12,406 nucleotides of DNA from positions 1 through 12,406 of the forward strand of contig CAZWHE010000126.1 of NCBI GenBank assembly GCA_964633825.1, given 5' to 3'. Source of the DNA: an uncultured Phycisphaerales bacterium. GTDB lineage: Bacteria; Planctomycetota; B15-G4; CAYZWU01. Shown here one piece after another: positions 6,836 through 12,406 of this stretch. Each line of letters begins with the position of its first letter. Positions within the stretch are counted from its first letter, which is position 1. A program made the position numbers and the translations under genes. The notes below the pieces were generated by a model that saw nothing but the letters and a program-made list of their open reading frames with translations, was not told the origin of the DNA and made no database searches.

Positions 6836-6900
6836 TCATTTCATTCGGAAGCGACGCCTATTCTATCGTTTGTCTCGTTAATATTCGAATGGAGGAAGAC

Positions 6901-8241
6901 ATGAAAAAAACAGCGGCGGCAACAGCGGTGGTGTTTCTCTTTTTATGCGCGGGCGGGCTTCGAGCCGACGTTCCCGATCTCGAAGCCGGGGTCTTGATCC
7001 AAGACGGCACCGAGCCCCTTGAAGTGAACCTTCACTCGTCCTGCACCGTCGTGGACTGGAACAACGACGGCAAGAAAGACCTTGTGGTCGGCCAGTTCTA
7101 CTACGGAAACATCTGGCTCTTCCTCAATCAAGGAACGGACGCCAATCCCGTTTTCAACGGGGGCTCTCTCATTCAATCGAACGGATCTCCCATTACCACC
7201 ACCTACGGGTGATGTATCGGCGCGAGTCCGCGAGTAGTGGACTGGAACAATGACGGCAAGAAAGACCTCATCACGGGCGAGTACAACGGCAACGTCAGGA
7301 TCTACCTCAACACCGGCACCGATGCCGATCCGGTCTTCAGCGGGCACAACCTGCTGCAGGTGAACGGTTCGACTTTCGATGCGGGCTATTACTCCATGCC
7401 TTACATCGTCGATTGGAACGAAGACGGAAAGAAGGACGTCATCTGCGGGGAAAACGCCGGCGACATCCAGCTTCTGATCAACACGGGGACGGATGCCAGC
7501 CCGGTTTTCACAAGCATCGTCCGCGTCCAGGACGGGGGGAGCAATCTCGACGTGGGCAGCCGCTCCAGCCCGGTATCGGCGGACTGGAATGATGACGGCA
7601 AAAAGGACCTGCTCGTGGGCGAGACCTACGGCAGCATCAAATACTATGAGAACACGGGCACCAACGCCAATCCCGCTTTTAACGGCTCTGTCAGCTTGAC
7701 CGCCGGAGGTTCGCCCATCGACGTGGGATACTACCCGCGCTTCGAGGTGGCCGACTGGGACAACGACGGCACGCCCGACCTCCTTTCCGGTTTCTACGAT
7801 TATTACAACGATCCCAAAGCGGGCGTCTATTATTTCCACGCCGCCGGGGGGGTTGACTCGCTCACGACGGACGTGAACACGATCTCTCAAGCATTCGGAG
7901 GGGACGTTATTTTCTACATGGACGCGGGACTCGCTTACGGGGGGCGGGAATACTTCCTCCTGGGAACGGCCTCGGGCACATCGCCGGGAACGGCCCTGCC
8001 GGGCGGGGCGGTCCTGCCGCTCAACCGCGATGCGGTCATGAACTATATCATCGCCCACTACAACACGCCCGAGCTCTATGAATTCCGGGGAACGATGTAC
8101 AACACAGGCGTGGCCAAGGCCATGCTCTCCGTATCGGGAAGCATTCCGCTGCCCGTGGGCACGGTTTTGAACTTCGCTTTTACTACGGAGAACCCTTACG
8201 ATTTCCAGTCGAACGCCGTGTCGGTTGAAATCGTTAATTGA
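6901..8241 (+). CDS. Secreted FG-GAP/VCBS-like repeat protein with an in-frame TGA at 7210-7212. Candidate selenocysteine read-through (446 aa) or a gene disrupted by a nonsense mutation. The track splits it into 6889-7212 and 7237-8241
   Basis: SD GGAGG 5 nt before the ATG at 6901. Signal peptide MKKTAAATAVVFLFLCAGGLRA. At least five ~62-aa repeats with the FG-GAP calcium-binding signature DWN(N/D/E)DGKKDL...G......N.GT(D/N)A.P.F. Both track ORFs share one frame (≡ 1 mod 3) and the stretch between TGA and the annotated GTG (CIGASPRVV) is open and continues repeat 2 exactly. The upstream fragment alone would be a 103-aa protein with 1.5 repeats. The downstream piece has no SD. Confidence 0.5.
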
Positions 8242-8269
8242 CGCATCAGGTCCGCTGAAAGAAATTGTT

Positions 8270-8312
8270 AAGAGGCCGTTGAAAAGTCGATCCGGCTTTT
8301 TCAACGGCCTCT
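8270..8312. terminator. Bidirectional intrinsic terminator between convergent genes: perfect 17-bp stem AAGAGGCCGTTGAAAAG / CTTTTCAACGGCCTCTT with a 9-nt loop
   Basis: Read directly (8270-8286 pairs with 8296-8312). Flanked by T on the plus side (cTTTgat) and by an A/T-rich tract on the other. Lies between the stop at 8239-8241 (plus gene) and the stop at 8320-8322 (minus gene). Confidence 0.7.
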
Positions 8313-8319
8313 TTGATGA

Positions 8320-10176
8320 TTATTGCTGGCGCACCTCGATGAAGAAAGTGAAGCGGCCGTCCTCGTCGAGCACTGTTGAGCCCGTGGCCCGGTCGAAACT
8401 CGACAGGATGCCGAACAGCGCCCGCCCCAGCCGGCTCAGTCTTTCCATGTCGGGATCGAGGGCCGAGAGGAGCTCGCCGTCAAGGAAAAAGAGGCCGCAC
8501 CCCGACAGGGCGATCTTGCCGCACTTGTCCCATTCTCTCTCCCATGAATCGAGGTTCAGATGGACGAGCTCCACGGCGCGGGATTGAATCGGGCCCGCAT
8601 CGGAAACGGTCTCGTAAGAGAGCGCGCGCCCGTTGCCGTGAACGGCCGTGATCGTTTCCGTCACGCCGGAGCGGACGGAGGATGCGATGAGGAAGTCGCC
8701 CGCCAGGGCGAAGGTCGGCGAGGGCAGGGGAAGGCTGATCACGCTGTCGAGGTCGACCCCCATGAGCTCAACGTTTTCGTGGCGGTCGGATATCGCCATG
8801 CCGCTGATCACTCCCCCTGTAAAGGGCGCCCACGCGCCGGCATCCCATTCAACAAAGCGGGAGATGAAGGTTTTCACTTTTTCCTTGTCCGTGACGCGCG
8901 CCAGGACCACTGTTCTCGGAAAAGGCCAGCTTGAGCCTTCGTCCTCTGCCGGAAGCCAGGCTGCGGCCAGGGAACGGCCCAGATGGGGAAAGAGATCGAC
9001 GGCCGGATCGAGCCCGGTTGCCCCGCTGAAATCCTGCGCGAGGCTCTCCATCTTCCGGCCGCACCGCGGAGCCGCCGTTTTCAGCAAGAATCCCATCGAA
9101 TCGAGAATCATCTCCGGAGGCGCGCCCGCTTCATAGGTGAGGAGTGCGTTTTCGGGGAACCATAGGGACAAGGGCCCTTCGATCGGCGAGAGGGATTCGA
9201 GAAGCCCGGGAACGGCCTCTTCCACCTCGTCTTCGAGGATCTGGCCGGTCATCCAGGTTCGAATGCCCTTCCGCCCCACGTCGCGCGTGATCCCGACGGC
9301 GCCCATCCAGCCGAGACAGGTCTTGGCCAGGCGTTTTCCCGTGGCTGAAAGCATGCCGCACGATTCGATCTCTTTTGCGAGACGGGGGCAGTTCATGTAA
9401 ACGCGCACGCCGGTGAAAGGGGGGAAAGAGGACATGACTTTCTGAAAGCCCTCGCGTTCGGCCAGGGACTCCGGCAACGGCCTATTGTCGAACACGGACG
9501 CCGCGGCATTTAGTGCGTCGATTCCGGAAGGCGGGCTGAGAATGAGCCACCCTTCGGCTTCGCAGCCCGTGAACAATATCTTTCCATCCCAGCTCCGGAT
9601 CGAGAACAACTCTTCATCATGGCCCGGCTCAGATTCGCTCAAAAAGGCGCCGTCAAAGCGGCTGACAATCCAGGCCAGCGAAGGGACAGGATTGGCGGGA
9701 GCGTCTCCCTTGGTTCCCTTAAAGGCGAAAACCGGCACGGTCCCGCCCGGTCCCGGGACCAATCCGACCACCATGCGCTCGCCGGCAAAAGCCTGCAGGC
9801 CGCTTCTGAGCTCCGACCCTTCATCCCATGTCTCGAGGGCGTGGGAAAGAAAGGGGCATGAGCCGTCTCTGCCGCACATAAAATCGGATATTCCGTCCGA
9901 AAGGGAGACGGCCTGCGGCCAGAAACTCATCCGGCTGAGCCTGTCCAGAGTATGGACGGGCCGAAAGAGCTCCAGATAAAACAGGGTATCGGCCGGAAAG
10001 GCCTTCGCCGGGTCGATGACGGCGCCGTCCGCGGCCCCGTTGCCGGCGCCGTCGATTAAAGTCCGGGTCTCCTCTGCGATTGCCGGGGCTGCAGGTCCGA
10101 TAAGGGCATACAGCAGGGCGCACCCGATCAACACAGCCGCCGAAAGGTTTCCTATTTCTTTTCTTCTATTGTTCAT
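8320..10176 (-). CDS. Large secreted/periplasmic hypothetical protein (618 aa) with signal peptide; last gene of the GntR-SPFH operon
   Basis: ATG at 10174-10176 preceded by AAGGAGAAGG. N-terminus MNNRRKEIGNLSAAVLIGCALLYALIGPAAPAIA. One long uninterrupted ORF. The opposite-strand ORFs inside it are short. Only a 24-nt gap to the upstream SPFH gene. Confidence 0.75.
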   Translation of the reverse strand: MNNRRKEIGNLSAAVLIGCALLYALIGPAAPAIAEETRTLIDGAGNGAADGAVIDPAKAFPADTLFYLELFRPVHTLDRLSRMSFWPQAVSLSDGISDFMCGRDGSCPFLSHALETWDEGSELRSGLQAFAGERMVVGLVPGPGGTVPVFAFKGTKGDAPANPVPSLAWIVSRFDGAFLSESEPGHDEELFSIRSWDGKILFTGCEAEGWLILSPPSGIDALNAAASVFDNRPLPESLAEREGFQKVMSSFPPFTGVRVYMNCPRLAKEIESCGMLSATGKRLAKTCLGWMGAVGITRDVGRKGIRTWMTGQILEDEVEEAVPGLLESLSPIEGPLSLWFPENALLTYEAGAPPEMILDSMGFLLKTAAPRCGRKMESLAQDFSGATGLDPAVDLFPHLGRSLAAAWLPAEDEGSSWPFPRTVVLARVTDKEKVKTFISRFVEWDAGAWAPFTGGVISGMAISDRHENVELMGVDLDSVISLPLPSPTFALAGDFLIASSVRSGVTETITAVHGNGRALSYETVSDAGPIQSRAVELVHLNLDSWEREWDKCGKIALSGCGLFFLDGELLSALDPDMERLSRLGRALFGILSSFDRATGSTVLDEDGRFTFFIEVRQQ

Positions 10177-10200
10177 TGTCCTTCTCCTTAATGATGCGGA

Positions 10201-11316
10201 TCACTCCGCTTTGTCCTCGGGCTTTGCTTCGCCCTTCTCGTCTTCCTCTTGATTCTGTTTCATGATCCTGTCGAAGGCGGTGAGGCCGCCCATGGCGCCC
10301 AGCCCCATGGTCTCCACGGCCGTGCTGGGGACGATGATCATCGAACCCTTCTGCTTGAGCCCTTCGAAGACCATGTTCATCGCCCTCAGATGGAGCGCGG
10401 CGGGGTTGTTTTTGTAGTGTTCGGAGGCGTCGGCGAACTTCTCGGCGATCTCGGTCTCGGCGTTGCTCAAGATGATGCGCGACTGGCGCTCCCGCTCGGC
10501 CTGGGCCTTGCGACTCATGGCGTCTTCGAGCGCTTTGGGGATGATGATGTCCTTGATTTCCACCGACTGCACCGTGATGCCCCAGGCGCTCGTCTTGGCG
10601 TCGAGAACCTGCTGGATCTCTTTTCCCAGCCTCTCACGCTGGGAGAGCAGCTCGGCCAGCTCACTCTTTCCGATGGCGTCCCTGAGAGCGGTCTGGGCCG
10701 AAAAGCTCACGGCGTTGGCATAGTCTTCCACCTCGAGCACGCTCTTCTCGGGATCCCAGACCATCCAGAAGGCGATGGCGTCCACGTTCACCGGCACCGT
10801 GTCGCGCGTGAGCGTGGTTTCGGCCCTGAAATCGGTGACGCGGATCCTCTGATCCACATAGTTGGCCACCTTGTCGATCACGGGAAAGAGGAGAAAGATC
10901 CCCGACCCGCGCAATCCCTTGAACTTTCCAAAGCGGAGCAGCACGGCTTTTTCCCACTGGTAGGCCATCTGGATGGAGGGGGAGATCAATCCGGCAACAA
11001 CGATCGACGTGACAAGAATCGAGCTATCGGGGCGGTGACGCAGGTAAGCGCCCAGAGCCGCCACGGTGGTCAGAAAGAGAACGGCTTCCCATATCTGCGA
11101 AATGCGAAAAAGCAGCGCCATGGCCAGAGCTGCGCCCACCATGGTGATCACGACCTCCAAGTGAAAGGAAAAGAGAGCCAGGTGTACGGCGAGTCCGATG
11201 AGGCAGACGGCGACGAGGAGCGCCACGTTCAGCGGCCCGAAGCGAAAGTCGGCTTGGAAGCTGATCGCAAAACGCTCCAAGTCTTTGAGTTTGAAGGTTT
11301 TTGAAAACTTGGTCAT
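10201..11316 (-). CDS. SPFH/Band-7 (stomatin/prohibitin-like) membrane protein, 371 aa, with an unusually long N-terminal region predicted to hold 3-4 TM helices
   Basis: SD GAAAGGAGAA before the ATG at 11314-11316. SPFH core: AVLLRFGKF.GLRGSGIFLLFPVIDKV..VDQRIRVTDFRAETTLTRDTVPVNVDAIAFWMVWDPEKSV, followed by the coiled-coil region ...EDAMSRKAQAERERQSRIILSNAETEIAEKF and an acidic C-terminal tail. About 110 hydrophobic residues precede the SPFH domain. Confidence 0.85.
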   Translation of the reverse strand: MTKFSKTFKLKDLERFAISFQADFRFGPLNVALLVAVCLIGLAVHLALFSFHLEVVITMVGAALAMALLFRISQIWEAVLFLTTVAALGAYLRHRPDSSILVTSIVVAGLISPSIQMAYQWEKAVLLRFGKFKGLRGSGIFLLFPVIDKVANYVDQRIRVTDFRAETTLTRDTVPVNVDAIAFWMVWDPEKSVLEVEDYANAVSFSAQTALRDAIGKSELAELLSQRERLGKEIQQVLDAKTSAWGITVQSVEIKDIIIPKALEDAMSRKAQAERERQSRIILSNAETEIAEKFADASEHYKNNPAALHLRAMNMVFEGLKQKGSMIIVPSTAVETMGLGAMGGLTAFDRIMKQNQEEDEKGEAKPEDKAE

Positions 11317-11364
11317 TTTATTCTCCTTTCATTCCATTGCCGCCGAAGCGGGAACGCCGACCAC

Positions 11365-11739
11365 TCATCGGCTCTTGCGCTGCTCGAGGTTTTCCAGAAT
11401 ATCGTTGAGGCTCAATCCGTATGAAGATGCTTTGGACAGGAACTCCTGGCAGAGCTGATCGAGCAGACGCCGCTGCTCCAGTTCGTCCTTGGAGACCTGT
11501 TTGTGGCTGACGAATGTTCCCGATCCCAGCTGGGTCTCCACGAGTCCCGTCAATTCCAGTTCCGTGTAGGCTCGGCTGACAGTGTTCGGATTGATAGAGA
11601 GGTTCACGGCGAGCTGGCGCACAGTGGGGAGGCGGTCCCCGGGATCGAGCAGACCGGCGGCCATGCCGCCCTTCACTTGATCGATGATCTGCCTGTAAAA
11701 GGGAACGCCGCTCTTCAAGTCGATCTGGAAGTGAATCAT
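11365..11739 (-). CDS. GntR-family transcriptional regulator, YtrA-like short subfamily (124 aa)
   Basis: N-terminal winged-HTH signature FYRQIIDQVKGGMAAGLLDPGDRLPTVRQLAVNLSINPNTVSRAYTELELTGLVETQLGSGTFV with a short C-terminal helical dimerisation tail. SD GAGGG before the ATG at 11737-11739. First gene of the operon with the SPFH gene. Confidence 0.85.
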   Translation of the reverse strand: MIHFQIDLKSGVPFYRQIIDQVKGGMAAGLLDPGDRLPTVRQLAVNLSINPNTVSRAYTELELTGLVETQLGSGTFVSHKQVSKDELEQRRLLDQLCQEFLSKASSYGLSLNDILENLEQRKSR

Positions 11740-11776
11740 CTATCCCTCGCAAAACTCATAATTGTCCTAATACAAC

Positions 11777-11816
11777 ATTGTATTAACACAATAGTACAAT
11801 ATCGCCGTAAAGTCAA
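11777..11816 (-). promoter_or_regulatory. Putative autoregulated promoter of the GntR gene: -35 TTGACT (+ coords 11811-11816), 17-nt spacer, -10 TATTGT (11788-11793). The inverted repeat ATTGT-N6-ACAAT (11777-11792) overlaps the -10
   Basis: Read directly on the minus strand. GT/AC-cored palindromes are the usual GntR/YtrA operator type. Several further TACAAT/ATTGTA copies lie nearby (11771-11800). Confidence 0.4.
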
Positions 11817-11974
11817 CATAATTTTAAAAAAAATATAACAGCCCGATAAAGAGCCATTCCAAGGGCTGTTGGGAAAAGCCCTTCCGCGGAATTCCATGAG
11901 CCCTTGGACTCCTTCTGATCATTCTCTACAATAAATCACTACCCTGTAACTTTGACTCTGAAGGAGGATCGGAC

Positions 11975-12406
11975 ATGATTTTCTTCGGCAAGAAAGAAAA
12001 AGAGGTCGAGGATCAGATCATCAAGTACATCAGGCTGATCAAACAGACTTTGCTCAAGTTTTCGGGCTTTATCGATGATTACCTGAGGAGGGACAAGCAG
12101 TTCAAGGAAGAGGCGATGAAAATCCACACCCTCGAGCACGAGGCGGACGAGATCCGGCGGGATGTGGCGCTCAAGCTGACGCGGGGCGCGTTTCTGCCCA
12201 TATACAGGGAAGACTATATCGTCCTCCTCGAGTTGATCGACAAGATCGCGAACAAGGCCGAGTCGACGAGCGACTTCATCGTTCTCACCAGGCCCCATGT
12301 CCCTGATTTCCTTCTCGACGGAATCAAGCAGATGGTCCGGGCCACGGCCGAGTGCTTCGAGCCGATGGAGAACATGTACGAGATGTTTCTGAAGGATCTC
12401 GACGTG
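11975..12406 (+). CDS. DUF47/TIGR00153 (PhoU-like, Pit-associated) family protein, N-terminal 144 aa; 3' end beyond the window
   Basis: SD AAGGAGG 7 nt before the ATG at 11975. Product MIFFGKKEKEVEDQIIKYIRL...HTLEHEADEIRRDVALKLTRGAFLPIYREDYIVLLELIDKIANKAE carries the DUF47 hallmark (HxxEhEADxIrR...FitPxdREDI). Not in the ORF track because it has no stop in the window. The minus-strand 119-aa ORF 11939-12298 is its shadow. Confidence 0.7.
   Translation, partial: MIFFGKKEKEVEDQIIKYIRLIKQTLLKFSGFIDDYLRRDKQFKEEAMKIHTLEHEADEIRRDVALKLTRGAFLPIYREDYIVLLELIDKIANKAESTSDFIVLTRPHVPDFLLDGIKQMVRATAECFEPMENMYEMFLKDLDV

Noticed and set aside
6943-8304. 453-aa minus-strand ORF covering the FG-GAP gene
   Set aside because: Val/Arg/Gly-rich featureless translation. 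The plus-strand carries unmistakable FG-GAP repeats.
8648-9136. Plus-strand ORFs (162, 124 and 120 aa) inside the 618-aa minus gene
   Set aside because: Short, Arg-rich and overlapping a single long ORF with signal peptide and SD.
10249-11304. 351-aa plus-strand ORF opposite the SPFH gene
   Set aside because: Gly/His/Asp-rich shadow. The minus-strand encodes a clear SPFH domain.
11939-12298. 119-aa minus-strand ORF
   Set aside because: Shadow of the plus-strand DUF47 gene, which has an AAGGAGG SD and a family signature.

Overview
GC-rich (roughly 60% by eye) bacterial chromosomal window with short AT-rich intergenic islands and about 12 protein-coding genes. On the minus strand: the N-terminal part of a secreted parallel beta-helix protein (1-416), a 352-aa secreted protein with its own hairpin terminator, and a class I SAM-dependent methyltransferase. 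A plus-strand block follows: a 61-aa double-TM peptide, a bestrophin/UPF0187-like channel, a TlpA-like thioredoxin-fold gene interrupted by an in-frame TGA exactly at the redox motif (C-F-P-TGA, i.e. CxxU) with a stem-loop beginning about 10-13 nt downstream, and a translationally coupled 444-aa secreted protein. Next on the plus strand is an FG-GAP/VCBS-repeat secreted protein that also carries an in-frame TGA, with the repeat continuing in the same frame. A perfect bidirectional terminator separates it from a convergent minus-strand operon (YtrA-like GntR regulator, multi-TM SPFH/Band-7 protein, 618-aa secreted protein), which is divergent from a DUF47/PhoU-like gene that runs off the window end. 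The most interesting signal: the six-frame track splits two genes at TGA codons that are best read as selenocysteine. This gives a thioredoxin-like selenoprotein with a putative bacterial SECIS and possibly a second, unusual Sec-containing FG-GAP repeat protein. No rRNA, tRNA, CRISPR or obvious mobile element was seen.
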